Below, one piece after another: positions 11,460 to 22,030 of a stretch of DNA of 64,000 nt. The notes below the pieces were generated by a model. It had not been told where the DNA came from. It made no database searches and saw nothing but the letters and a program-made list of their open reading frames with translations. Made by a program: the position numbers and the translations under genes. The stretch comes from an uncultured delta proteobacterium (GTDB lineage: Bacteria > Myxococcota_A > Polyangia > Polyangiales > Houyiibacteriaceae): positions 128,001 through 192,000 of the forward strand of contig CAVOVB010000007.1 of assembly GCA_963699755.1 (NCBI GenBank), written 5' to 3'. The stretch's first letter is position 1, and every line of letters starts with the position of its first letter.

Positions 11460-12714
11460 ACGAACTGGAAAGAGACGGGACTGGGCGCTCCTCGGCCTGC
11501 TCCTTGTCGGAATGGCTGGCGCCGCGATTTGGATGTTCGGCCGGCACACCGGCGAGCCGGAGGCAAGCCAGGAAGAGGTCGACCATTATGCACACGAAGA
11601 GGGGGTCGCGTACTACACGTGCCCGATGCACCCTTCGGTGCAGCAGCCGTCGCCAGGGAACTGTCCGATCTGCGGCATGGACCTCACCGCGGTGAAGCAG
11701 GAGGACTTGGACAGCGGGACCATCGTGGTCGACGAAGTGCGCCGGCAGCAGATCGGGGTCAGGACGGCAGCCGTCGAGCGACGAAACGTCTCGCGTCAGA
11801 TTCGCGCCGTGGGTCAGGTCAAGGTCGACGAGACGCGGCTCTCGGACGTGAACCTTCGCATGAGCGGCTGGGTGCACCGGCTCCATGTCGAGGAGACCGG
11901 GCAACGCGTCAAGCGAGGACAAGTCTTGTTTACGCTCTACAGCCCCGAGCTCTACGCGGCCGAACGCGAATACCTGACCACGCTAAAGCGGGACCGTGAA
12001 GCTCGCTCGGACACGAGCTCGGAGCTGACGCGCGCCTCAGAGCAACGGCTTCGTCTACTCGGGATGAGCCAAGCCCAGATTCGCGAGCTCAGACGGCGCG
12101 GCGAGGCCTGGGAGAACGTTCCCGTGGTGGCTCCGAGCACCGGATACGTCATCGACAAAGATGTGGTGGAGGGCGGGCGCATCGAGGCCGGCACACGCGT
12201 CTACCGAATCGCCGACCTGAGCCGTCTCTGGGTCGATGCGGAAGTGTACGAAGCCGATCTCGCGCAGGTGAAGAAAGGCCAGCCGGTGTCGGTGCAACTT
12301 CCCTACGTGCCCGGTCAGAGCTTCGAGGGCAAGGTGGACTACATCTACCCCACGTTGGACGGGATCACACGGACGGGTCGCGTGCGTGTGGCGCTCGACA
12401 ACCCAGGCTTGACGCTCAAGCCCGACATGTACGCCGACGTCGAGCTCGCGGTGGACCTCGGGGAACGACTCGTAATCCCCAATTCGGCGGTGATCTACAC
12501 GGGGCCTCGCCGCCTGGTATTCGTCGACCTCGGCGAAGGAAGGCTTCACCCGCAAGAGATCGAAGTCGGCGTACGAGCCGGCGAGTACGTCGAAGTGACC
12601 CGTGGCCTCGAACCGGGCGATGTCGTCGTGACTTCGGGGAATTTTCTCATCGCGGCCGAGAGCCGCATTCGATCCGCTACCGGCTTTTGGGGAGGCGGGC
12701 ATGGGGCTCACTGA
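11446..12714 (+). CDS. cusB: RND periplasmic adaptor with heavy-metal-binding domain
   Basis: YYTCPMHP...CPICGMDL, LYSPEL, LKPDMY and SGNFLIAAES motifs. Confidence 0.92.
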   Translation: MSVRERTGKRRDWALLGLLLVGMAGAAIWMFGRHTGEPEASQEEVDHYAHEEGVAYYTCPMHPSVQQPSPGNCPICGMDLTAVKQEDLDSGTIVVDEVRRQQIGVRTAAVERRNVSRQIRAVGQVKVDETRLSDVNLRMSGWVHRLHVEETGQRVKRGQVLFTLYSPELYAAEREYLTTLKRDREARSDTSSELTRASEQRLRLLGMSQAQIRELRRRGEAWENVPVVAPSTGYVIDKDVVEGGRIEAGTRVYRIADLSRLWVDAEVYEADLAQVKKGQPVSVQLPYVPGQSFEGKVDYIYPTLDGITRTGRVRVALDNPGLTLKPDMYADVELAVDLGERLVIPNSAVIYTGPRRLVFVDLGEGRLHPQEIEVGVRAGEYVEVTRGLEPGDVVVTSGNFLIAAESRIRSATGFWGGGHGAH

Positions 12715-15700
12715 AGACGAGGCCAGCCTGAAGCCAACTCTGATTGCCCGCGTCATCGACGCGAGTGCGCGTCAGCCTTTCATGACGCTCTTGTTCGCCA
12801 TCGTGGCGGGCGTTTGGGGCTACTACGCGCTTTGGAACGCACCGCTCGACGCGATTCCAGATCTCTCGGACACGCAGGTCATCATTTTCACGGAGTGGCA
12901 GGGCCGGAGCCCCGACTTGGTCGAAGATCAGATCACCTACCCGATTTCGACCTTTCTGCTGGCAGCACCGGAGGTGAAGTTCGTGCGAGGCCAATCCTTC
13001 TTCGGCCTCTCGTTCGTTTCGGTAATCTTCGAAGACGGCACCGACATGTACTGGGCGCGAAGCCGAGTCTTGGAATACCTCAACTCTGCGCTCGCCGATC
13101 TGCCTGACGGCGTGCGCCCCACCCTGGGTCCGGATGCGACCGGCGTAGGCTGGGTATTCCAGTACGCCTTGGTGGACAGGAGCGGTAAGCACGACCTGCA
13201 AGAGCTGCGATCATTCCAGGACTGGAACCTGCGGTACGCGCTCGAGAGCGTGCCGGGCGTCGCGGAAGTGGCGTCCGTCGGCGGCTTCGTCAAGGAATAC
13301 CAGGTGCAGGTCGACCCCGTGAAGCTTCGCGCCTACGGCGTGGGCATCAGTGATGTCGTGCGGGCGGTACGCGAGTCCAACGAAGACGCCGGCGGCCGCA
13401 CAATCGAGATTGCGGGTCACGAACAGATCATCCGAGGGCGCGGCTACATCCATAGCGAAGACGATCTGCGCAAGATCCCGGTCAAGCTCGGCAAAGGCGG
13501 TACGCCGGTCTTGCTCGATCAATTGGCCGTCGTCAGCATCGGCCCTTCGATGCGTCGTGGAATCGCCGAGCTCGATGGCGAGGGCGAGGTCGTCGGTGGC
13601 ATCGTCATCATGCGCTACGGCGAAAACGCGCTGTCGGTGATCGACGCGGTGAAGCAGAAGATCGAAGATGTGAGGGCCGGCCTTCCCGATGGCACCGAGC
13701 TGGTCATCACCTACGACCGCTCCGACCTCATCAAGAGAGCGATCGGCACGCTCCGAAGCACCTTGATCGAAGAAATGATCGTGGTCAGCGTGATCATCTT
13801 CTTGTTTCTTCTTCACGCGCGAAGCGCGCTCGTTCCCATCATTACGCTGCCACTGGCCGTGATTTTGGCCTTCATCCCGATGTACTATCAAAACCTGACG
13901 GCGAATATCATGTCGCTGGGCGGAATCGCGGTCGCGATCGGGGCCATGGTCGATGCCTCGATCATCGTCATCGAGAACATCCACAAGAAGCTGGAGTACT
14001 GGGATGCCGAGGGACAGCCGGGGTCGAGACAGAAAACGATCGTGGCGGCCATGCAAGAGGTCGGTCCGTCGATCTTCTTCTCGCTTCTGGTGATCACGGT
14101 CTCGTTCTTGCCGGTGTTCACGCTGGAAAGCGCGGAGGGGCGTCTTTTCAAGCCGCTGGCCTTCACGAAGACCTATTCGATGGGCTTTGCCGCGATTCTT
14201 TCCGTCACTCTGATTCCGGCGCTGGCTGTACTCATGATCCGGGAAAAATTCGCCGCGAGGACGAGAACCCCCTCAACCGTTGGCTGATCGCGTCGTATGC
14301 GCCGGTCGTTCGCTTGGTCGTGGCGCACCAGCGGGCAGTGATCGTCTTTGCGCTCGTCGCCATGGGACTCACGGTCCCCGCCTTTCTCAAGCTGCAAAGC
14401 GAGTTCATGCCTCCGCTGAACGAGGGCACGGTTCTCTACATGCCGACCGCGCCGCCGGGGATGTCCGTGACGGAGGCCTCGAACGTGCTCCAGGCGATGG
14501 ACCGGCAGCTCAAATCCTTTCCGGAGGTCGTCTCGGTGTTCGGCAAGGCGGGACGAGCGGAAACCGCCACGGATCCGGCACCGATCGGCATGTTCGAAAC
14601 GACCATCGTGCTCAAGCCGCAGTCCGAATGGAGAGCCGGCCTCACGTGGAAGGACTTGATCCAGGAGATGGACGAAACCCTGCGCTACCCGGGCATGCCC
14701 AACATCTTCTGGATGCCGGTGCAAACTCGCACCGAAATGCTTGCGACCGGCATTCGAAGTCCCTTGGGCATCCAAGTGTTCGGGAATGACCTCGAGACCA
14801 TCGAGCGTACCGCGGTCGAGATCGAGCAGGCCGTGTCCAAGATTCCTGGGACGCGGAGCGCGTTTGCGGAGCGCTCAGCAGGCGGCTTTTTCATCGATTA
14901 CGAGATAGATCGCGAAAAGGCCGCGCGCTACGGCCTTCGGGTAGCCGATATCAACGAGGTGATCATGACAGCCGTCGGCGGCATGGTCGTCTCGGAAACA
15001 GTGGAAGGACGGGAACGCTATCCCATCACCGTCCGCTATGCGCGCGAGTTCCGCGATGACCCATCGCTGCTCGAAGCGATTCTCATCAGCACAAAGACAG
15101 GCGCGCAGGTGCCGATCAGCCAAGTTGCGGACCTGAAGTTCGTCACAGGACCCCCGATGGTTCGCAGTGAAGACGGCAAGCTCGTGGGCTTCGTCTTCGT
15201 AGACACCGACCGGCCGATCGGCCAGTACGTCGAAGACGCAAAGCGCGTCATCGCCGACGAGGTCACTCTTCCAGCGGGTGTGTGGTTGGGCTGGGCCGGC
15301 CAGTTCAAGTACCTCGAACGCGCTAAGGAAAAGCTCAAGTTGGTCGTACCCGTGACGCTGTTCTTGGTGATGATGCTTCTCTATTGGAACACCAAGTCCT
15401 GGGCGGAGACCGCGATGGTCATGCTCGCCGTGCCCTTCTCGCTGATTGGAGCGGTCTGGCTCCTGTTCTTCCTCGACTACAACATGAGCGTTGCGGTCTG
15501 GGTGGGCATGATCGCCTTGGCGGGCCTCGATGCGGAAACGGGCGTCGTCATGCTGCTCTACCTAACCCTCGCCCACAAGAAGTCGCAGGACGCCGGAACG
15601 CTCCAAACTCCGGCGGACCTGAGCGAGGCGATCGTCGACGGTGCAGCAAGGCGAATCCGGCCGAAGCTGATGACCGTGATGACCACCACGATTGCGCTCT

Positions 15701-15891
15701 TGCCGATCCTCTGGAGCACAGGCACCGGCGCAGACGTCATGAAACGCATTGCTGCGCCGATGGTGGGCGGTCTGGTAACGTCGTTCTTGCTGGAGCTCAC
15801 GGTCTATCCGGCGATCTTTGCGGCATGGAAGGGTCGCTCTCTTCCTGCGCTTCAGGTCAAGCACGCAGAAGGAAATGGAGGCAACGGATGA
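12701..15891 (+). pseudogene. cusA: CusA/CzcA-family Cu/Ag RND permease split by a single-base frameshift near 14241 (real lesion or sequencing error)
   Basis: DAIPDLSDTQVI and GPDATGVGW in the first ORF; EFMPPLNEG, RIRPKLMT and MKRIAAPMVGG in the second; one added G restores IRGKIRREDENPLNRWLI. Confidence 0.9.
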
Positions 15892-16421
15892 TGGATGGAC
15901 GATCAGCGGCTCTGCTCACATGGGCCGCGATGGGTGCCGCGATCTTTTTGATTGGATGCAGCAAGAACCAGGAGTCGGCGCTGAAACCGTCGACGCTCCC
16001 TGCCGAAACGAGCGCCAGAATCGACGAAGCCGTCGCAGCCTATGACGTCGCGCGCGCTGCACTCGCCGAAGATCGCGGAGACGTAAGAGCCCCAGCTACC
16101 AAGTTGGCCAACGCCGCCCGGCTGGGCTCGGCATCGGCTCCCGAGAACCTCCGCCGGCCCCTCGAAGAGCTCTCGAGCGCCGCAGAGCGGCTCGCCGGCC
16201 TGGAGAGCGCGGACCTGAGCGAAGCGAGAAAGGCGTTTGGCGATGTGAGCCAGGCACTAATCGCATTACTCTCCGCCGAGCCGAGCCTCCAGGGGGGCCG
16301 ACAGGTCTACGAGTGCCCCATGGCCAAAGGCTACAAGAAGTGGGTGCAGGTCTCCAAAGGGGTCTCCAATCCCTACATGGGAAGCGAGATGCTCCAATGC
16401 GGCACCGAGGCTGGTTTCTAA
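15888..16421 (+). CDS. DUF3347-type lipoprotein associated with metal efflux
   Basis: Lipobox LIGC; ARKAFGDVSQALI; CPMA...W...NPYMGSEMLQCG. Confidence 0.8.
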   Translation: MMDGRSAALLTWAAMGAAIFLIGCSKNQESALKPSTLPAETSARIDEAVAAYDVARAALAEDRGDVRAPATKLANAARLGSASAPENLRRPLEELSSAAERLAGLESADLSEARKAFGDVSQALIALLSAEPSLQGGRQVYECPMAKGYKKWVQVSKGVSNPYMGSEMLQCGTEAGF

Positions 16422-16430
16422 GCGTGAGTC

Positions 16431-16793
16431 TCAACGCAAGAGCAGCACATAAAGCACGGCCCCACACGCGACCAGAATCGCGCCAAACGCCACGACAACC
16501 GGCCCCCGCATCGCCACCGGAAACATTCCACGTTCTAGGTTTTTGGCGACCCAGAGATAGCGGCTCACCGCATAGATCAGCGAAAGACCACCGAAGCTGA
16601 TGAAGCCGAGTCCCCCGGCGACCGCGAGCGCTTCGCCGTCCGCCCCTAACCGTGCGAGCAGAACACCTAGCCCAACCAGACCGAGCGCCGTCCGCACCCA
16701 TGCGAGGAACGTCCGCTCGTTGGCAAGGTGGTCGCGCGCCGTACTGTCGCGGTTTTCGATGAGGTCTCCGACCATCGGACCTGCACTTAGCAT
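16431..16793 (-). CDS. DUF202/YidH family membrane protein
   Basis: RDHLANERTFLAWVRT motif; three TM helices; alternative start at 16775. Confidence 0.9.
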   Translation of the reverse strand: MLSAGPMVGDLIENRDSTARDHLANERTFLAWVRTALGLVGLGVLLARLGADGEALAVAGGLGFISFGGLSLIYAVSRYLWVAKNLERGMFPVAMRGPVVVAFGAILVACGAVLYVLLLR

Positions 16794-16982
16794 AGCTCGC
16801 CCGGAAAGGTGACCGTGGGAGTCAGGATTGAGAAGGCAGTGAGTAAAAGCCCCGGCTGACTCGTCGAGCTACCCGAGGAAGAAGCGTCCGCGATGCTGGA
16901 GAAAGCAAACCATTCGTATTGACGAGGACGTAGTAACTTGTGACTCTCGGCGGGCTCCACGCGAGGGAAAAGGATTTAGAGA

Positions 16983-17984
16983 ATGAAGCGCCGTTTCGCA
17001 CCGATTTTGCTCATTTTGGTTGCCGCCATCCTGCTGCCGGGAACCAACACACCCACCAAAGCCGAAGAGGGCTACACCCTGCGCATCGCCTCGCTAGCGC
17101 CGGCGGGCTCATCCTGGATGAAGATCCTCAATGCCTGGAACAAATCGCTTCAAGAGAAGACCGACGGGAAGCTGAAGATGCGCTTCTACCCCGGCGGCTC
17201 TCAAGGCGACGAACGCGACTTCGTCCGCAAAATGCGGGTCGGGCAGCTCGACGGAGGCGTCGTCACCATGACTGGGATGAGCTTGCTAATACCCGCGATG
17301 AACGTCCTGGTGCTTCCGGGTTTGCTCCCCACCTATGAGCAGCTCGACCGAGTCCGCGGCAAGATGGCCCCTGAGTTCGAAGCGATGTTCGCGAAGGAGA
17401 ATATGAGGCTCGTCGGCTGGGGCGACGCTGGCAAGACGCGCCTGTTCTCCGTGAAGCCAATCAAATCGCCCGGGGACATCAAGTCGATGCGCCCCTGGGT
17501 CTGGAAGGACGACCCTATCTTCGTCGAATTCTATCAAGTCATCGGCGCGAGCGCGGTTCGGCTCGGCGTGCCCGAGGTCTACCCGGCGCTGCAAACCCGA
17601 ATGGTCGATGTGATCTCTTCCTCGGCGCTCACCGCGGTGGCGTTGCAGTGGTACACGCGCGTGAAATACATGACCGCGCACAACTCGGCAATCATCGCGG
17701 GTGGAACGATGATGCGCAAAGACAAGTACGACGAGCTTCCACCCGAGCTTCGAGAAGCGTTCGACAGCACCGCCGCCCGCGCACACGAGTTGCTCAACAA
17801 AGTCATTCGCAAAGACGACGAGAAGGCCTACCAGGTCGTCCTAGACAAAGGCATCGAGGCAGTGGGAGCCGGAGATGCCCAAGCTGCCTGGGACGCTGCT
17901 GATAAGAAGGTTCGCGACAACCTCACCGGACGGATGTTCTCGAAGAGCCTCATCAATGCGGTAGCAGAAGCGGCAAAGCCGTAA
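16983..17984 (+). CDS. dctP: TRAP transporter substrate-binding protein (DctP family)
   Basis: Signal peptide; IASLAPAGSSW, FYPGGSQGDE...KMRVGQLDG and EVYPALQT motifs. Confidence 0.9.
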   Translation: MKRRFAPILLILVAAILLPGTNTPTKAEEGYTLRIASLAPAGSSWMKILNAWNKSLQEKTDGKLKMRFYPGGSQGDERDFVRKMRVGQLDGGVVTMTGMSLLIPAMNVLVLPGLLPTYEQLDRVRGKMAPEFEAMFAKENMRLVGWGDAGKTRLFSVKPIKSPGDIKSMRPWVWKDDPIFVEFYQVIGASAVRLGVPEVYPALQTRMVDVISSSALTAVALQWYTRVKYMTAHNSAIIAGGTMMRKDKYDELPPELREAFDSTAARAHELLNKVIRKDDEKAYQVVLDKGIEAVGAGDAQAAWDAADKKVRDNLTGRMFSKSLINAVAEAAKP

Positions 17985-18002
17985 CGACCGCGCGCGGAAG
18001 AC

Positions 18003-19043
18003 GTGAGCAGCGCCGAGCAACTGACGTTCGAATCGAACGGGATTCGCATCCACGCGGTCAGCCGCGGCAGGGGGCCAGCGGTCTTGTTCTGTCACGGATT
18101 TCCCGGCCTCTGGTACTCCTGGCGCCATCAGCTCCCGGTGGTCGCCGACGCCGGATTCAAAGCGATTGCCGTCGACATGCGCGGCTACGGCCGAAGCGAC
18201 AGACCCCTCTCGGCAAACGAGTACGGCAACCAAACCATCGTCGCCGATCTGACGGGGGTCCTCGACGCACTCGGGGAAGAGCAAGCCGTCGTCGTCGGCC
18301 ACGACTTCGGTGCACAGGCGGCATGGGCGGCGGCGCTTCACGCACCGGAGAGGGTTCGCGGCGTCGCGTCGATAGCCGTGCCCTACGGGGTCGGATTTGC
18401 GCGAGACGAGAAGGAGGCGTCCGAACCGAAGAGCGAGGCCAAAGACTCGCGACCTAGGGGCTCCAAGCCGAGCGAAACCTACGCGGCTATCGCGAGGAAC
18501 CATTTTCTCCATCTGCACTACTTCCAACAAGTCGGCCCTGCCGAAGCGGAGCTGGGGGCGAACCCCAGATTGTTCCTCGAGCGGATCTATTGGGCGCTCA
18601 GTGCGCGCGGAAGCTTGCTCGATTTCAAGAACTTCCCGTCAGAAGGCACCCGCTATCTAGATGTGCTCGCCGAGCCAAGCGAGCCCCTGCCGTGGCCCTG
18701 GCTCAGCGAGACGGACCTCGACTACCTAGTCCAGGAATATATGCAGACGGGGCCCGAGACCGCCTTCATCGGCGGCCTCAACTCCTATCGGGCGATGGAC
18801 GTGAACTGGGAGTGCGATCCCTACTACGGGCGCTCCAAGATCGACCACCCCGCCCTCTTCCTCTGCGGCGAGCAGGACCCGGTCCTCCAGATCATCACGC
18901 CCAAGACGCTCGAGACCATGCCCGAGCGCGTCTCCGACCTCCGAGGCATCGAGCTCATCCCCAATGCCGGCCACTTCGCCCAACAGGAGCAGCCCGAGGC
19001 GGTCAACCGCCACCTGCTGGGGTTTCTGAACAGCCTACGGTGA
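18003..19043 (+). CDS. Alpha/beta hydrolase, epoxide hydrolase-like
   Basis: HGFP..WYSWRHQ, GHDFGA nucleophile, NSYR and GHFAQQE motifs. Confidence 0.9.
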   Translation: MSSAEQLTFESNGIRIHAVSRGRGPAVLFCHGFPGLWYSWRHQLPVVADAGFKAIAVDMRGYGRSDRPLSANEYGNQTIVADLTGVLDALGEEQAVVVGHDFGAQAAWAAALHAPERVRGVASIAVPYGVGFARDEKEASEPKSEAKDSRPRGSKPSETYAAIARNHFLHLHYFQQVGPAEAELGANPRLFLERIYWALSARGSLLDFKNFPSEGTRYLDVLAEPSEPLPWPWLSETDLDYLVQEYMQTGPETAFIGGLNSYRAMDVNWECDPYYGRSKIDHPALFLCGEQDPVLQIITPKTLETMPERVSDLRGIELIPNAGHFAQQEQPEAVNRHLLGFLNSLR

Positions 19044-19061
19044 GAAAAAGCAGGCGGGCGC

Positions 19062-20681
19062 CTAAGCCTGGAACTGCGTCGCCAGCTTGCTGGAGAGCTT
19101 GTAGACCAGGCCGTAGATCGAGAGTTGCGGGTTGGCCCCGATGCTCGTCGGGAAGAGTGAACCGTCCATGATGTACAGGTTGTCGAGGTGGTGGAACTTA
19201 CCGTCCGCGCTGGTGACACTCCGCTTCGGATCCTCTCCCATTGGGCAGCCGCCCATCACGTGTGCGCTACCGACCGTGGCCTTGTGCGCAACCACGTCGA
19301 GCGAGGCGACCGCCGCCTTGGCCTCCTTCCAGGACATGTAGTGCTTCGCCTGCTTGTGGGCCGGACGTGCGGACTTTGCGCCAGTGGCGAACTGCATCTC
19401 GAGCATCACGTTGAACGCGCGGCGCACGCCTTCCATGAGGTAGTCGTTGAGCGGATAGTCGAGAGTCGGCTCTCCCTTCTCGTTGAGCTCGACGGCGCCG
19501 CCTTGGCTCTGTTCGTGGAAGCCGTCGCGCATGAGCGCAATCATGCACTGGGTGTGGTTGAGCTGATCCATGCTCCGGGTGAGCTCTTCACCTGCGTCCG
19601 AGTAGAACCCGGCGGCGAACGCGGGTTGAAGTGGCGGCACTTCGAGCTTGAACCCGACCGGACCCGTGTGAACGTTCTGCCATTGGAAGTGATCCGAATA
19701 GATCGACTGCGGGGCCCCATAAAACGGATCGATCGACTCTTCGTAGATGGCCATCGTCAGGGTCGTCGGATGCAAGAAGGTACGCTTTCCGATCAGGCTG
19801 TGAGGATCGGGGGCATTCGAGCGCAGGAGGATCGCCGGTGAATTGATCGCCCCACCCGCCAGCACCGTACGGGTCGCCCTGACGGTGATCTTCTGGCCGC
19901 TCCTGCCTCGGACGTCGGCCGTGAGGGCCTGAGCTTCGACGCCCGTCACCGCATCGCCTTGGCGCAGCACGTTCACGACCCGCGCGCGGTGAACGAGCGT
20001 GGCTTTGTGATCCAGGGCCTCTGGAATCGTGGTCACGAGCATGGATTGCTTTGCGTCGACCGGGCAGCCAAGCCCACAGTAGCCGAGGTTCAGACAGCCG
20101 CGCACATTGCGGTGGATCTTCTCCCAGGAATAGCCGAGCGTCTCGGAAGCGCGCTGCAAGATGCCGTTGTTGTTGTTCGGGGCCTGAGGCCATTTGTGGA
20201 TGTTGAGCCTGGCTTCCATGTGCTCGAAGTACGGGGCCATCTCTTCGACGGAGCAGCCGCTCACGCCCATGTGCTCGCTCCAGAACTTCAGCGTCTCGGG
20301 CGGGGTGCGAAAGCTCGTCGTCCAGTTGACCGTCGTCGAGCCACCCACCGAACGGCCTTGCAGGATCACCATTCCGCCGTCTTTGGTGCCCCGGCCCGTG
20401 CCCTCTTGGTAGAGGTCCCGATACGCGGCGCGCTCCTGCATGTCGAACTGGCTCGAGGTCTTGAGTGGACCTTCTTCCAGGAGAACCACGCGCAGGCCGG
20501 CCTGGCTCAAGGTCTCGGCCGCGGTGCCGCCACCGGCGCCTGTGCCCACGATGACGACGTCGGCTTCGAGCTCCAAAGGTGCGGTGAGCTTGCTCGCATC
20601 CCGGATGTCCCAGCCGCGCTCGGCGGCTTTGTTGTAGGGGTCGGTGCTGCTGCCCAATTCGACTGTGGATAGATCGATCAC
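19062..20681 (-). CDS. laoA: GMC oxidoreductase, LaoA-like long-chain alcohol dehydrogenase
   Basis: GTGAGGG, EEGPLKTSS, GRSVGGSTTVNW, C..LGYC..GCP, SAHVMGG and GANPQ motifs; GTG overlaps the stop of the Tat partner. Confidence 0.85.
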   Translation of the reverse strand: MIDLSTVELGSSTDPYNKAAERGWDIRDASKLTAPLELEADVVIVGTGAGGGTAAETLSQAGLRVVLLEEGPLKTSSQFDMQERAAYRDLYQEGTGRGTKDGGMVILQGRSVGGSTTVNWTTSFRTPPETLKFWSEHMGVSGCSVEEMAPYFEHMEARLNIHKWPQAPNNNNGILQRASETLGYSWEKIHRNVRGCLNLGYCGLGCPVDAKQSMLVTTIPEALDHKATLVHRARVVNVLRQGDAVTGVEAQALTADVRGRSGQKITVRATRTVLAGGAINSPAILLRSNAPDPHSLIGKRTFLHPTTLTMAIYEESIDPFYGAPQSIYSDHFQWQNVHTGPVGFKLEVPPLQPAFAAGFYSDAGEELTRSMDQLNHTQCMIALMRDGFHEQSQGGAVELNEKGEPTLDYPLNDYLMEGVRRAFNVMLEMQFATGAKSARPAHKQAKHYMSWKEAKAAVASLDVVAHKATVGSAHVMGGCPMGEDPKRSVTSADGKFHHLDNLYIMDGSLFPTSIGANPQLSIYGLVYKLSSKLATQFQA

Positions 20682-21244
20682 GGCGTGGCCTCCCGCGTCG
20701 GACCCGAAGCAGGCACAAGGCTCGCGACCTTTTGGGGTGGGCCAGGGTACCCGGTCGTGGCCGCGTTTTCCGGGATGAGGTACCAGGCGCTGATAACCAG
20801 TCGGATCACCGCCGCGTAGATCGCGTTCAACAGGCCAATGCTGCTGTCGCGCAAACGCCCGAGGGCGCTCTCGGCATCTTCCAACGAGGCTTTGGACCAT
20901 GCAGACCACTGACCCGTCATCAGCCCGCGGCTCGGGCCGAAGCTGAGAACGTCGAAGGCCTGGTGGACGCCTGCAACCACCGGCTCCGAAAGGTCCACCA
21001 ACAAGGTGTCGAACGATTGCAGGGTCTGGTCGATGGCCGCGGTATCTCCTGGCGCGATCTTGCCCTTCATTACCGCAGGCGCGAGCGCACGCAGAAGCTC
21101 CACGTCTTCGGGGCGAAGACGCTGCATGCCAGAGGCGGGTCGAGGGGAGGTACAGCCCGACAAGGCCGCGCCTGCGCTCATCATCGAGAGCGCGGCGGCC
21201 CCCGCCACAGACAGCTTCAAAAAATCGCGTCGGTCAGTTTCCAT
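20678..21244 (-). CDS. laoB: Tat-signal partner subunit of the GMC oxidoreductase (LaoB-like)
   Basis: DRRDFLK Tat motif, LSGC, WY...TGYPGPP C-terminus. Confidence 0.75.
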   Translation of the reverse strand: METDRRDFLKLSVAGAAALSMMSAGAALSGCTSPRPASGMQRLRPEDVELLRALAPAVMKGKIAPGDTAAIDQTLQSFDTLLVDLSEPVVAGVHQAFDVLSFGPSRGLMTGQWSAWSKASLEDAESALGRLRDSSIGLLNAIYAAVIRLVISAWYLIPENAATTGYPGPPQKVASLVPASGPTREATP

Positions 21245-21301
21245 GAGTGAGGAAAGTGTACCCACAAAGGCAGGCCTCCGGTCCAGCAGAAAACACTCCG
21301 T

Positions 21302-22030
21302 CTAGCCGTGCGAGCTGCGAACGAAATACTCGCTCATCGTGACACTGGTGATCTTCCAAATCGGGAGAAAGGCGGCAACGCTCTGCGCCATGATGCCCAT
21401 GTTCTTGAGGAGCTCGAATCGATTGCTAGCCCCATAAAAGAGGTATGGATTGGTCATGTGCTCGGGCGAGGGCCAGGATTCCTCGACGATTCCCTCGTAC
21501 GGAAACGCGCCGGGGGTGAGTACCTCCTCGACCAGATTTCGCACATACCGCGCGCGGGGCTGCATCTTTTCCGACATCGGCCCCTGACGATTAAACCAGT
21601 GCCGCATCCAGCGATCCTTGGGCATGCGTTTGGGACGCTCGAGCGGGGTCACCGAGACGACGTACGGCGAGCGTTCTCCGTCGGGCCAGTCGCGCGGCCT
21701 GCCGTGCCGGTTGCCGCCATAGTCGGTGTACAAGTGCTCGCGGACGCGGTAGCCGGCGATGTCGAAATCCGCGTCGAGCAAGACCGTCTCGAGTGCGCCA
21801 ACGACGTTCATGCTGTCCACCCAGAGGCTGACCTCGGCCGAGAATGGATCGCTGAGCTTGGTCGTTGGCGTCGGTGATGGGACGGTAGCGAGGTCGTCGT
21901 CGATGTTCATCAAGAGGTACCGGGCACCTGAATCGAGAAGCTTTGGGGCACAGCCGTCCAAGAGAGCAACGCGTCGCTCCGCAGGCTCCATCGGCCGTCG
22001 GGGCCAGAGCAGGTAGATGAGCTTGATCAT
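21302..22030 (-). CDS. EthD-like domain protein
   Basis: MIKLIYLLW start; YVRNLV...YEGIVEESW pattern; ATGA-coupled to the upstream HSD. Confidence 0.7.
   Translation of the reverse strand: MIKLIYLLWPRRPMEPAERRVALLDGCAPKLLDSGARYLLMNIDDDLATVPSPTPTTKLSDPFSAEVSLWVDSMNVVGALETVLLDADFDIAGYRVREHLYTDYGGNRHGRPRDWPDGERSPYVVSVTPLERPKRMPKDRWMRHWFNRQGPMSEKMQPRARYVRNLVEEVLTPGAFPYEGIVEESWPSPEHMTNPYLFYGASNRFELLKNMGIMAQSVAAFLPIWKITSVTMSEYFVRSSHG

Noticed and set aside
14314..15891. Second CusA ORF as a separate gene
   Set aside because: No clear SD or natural start; one inserted base fuses it with the upstream half into a full CusA
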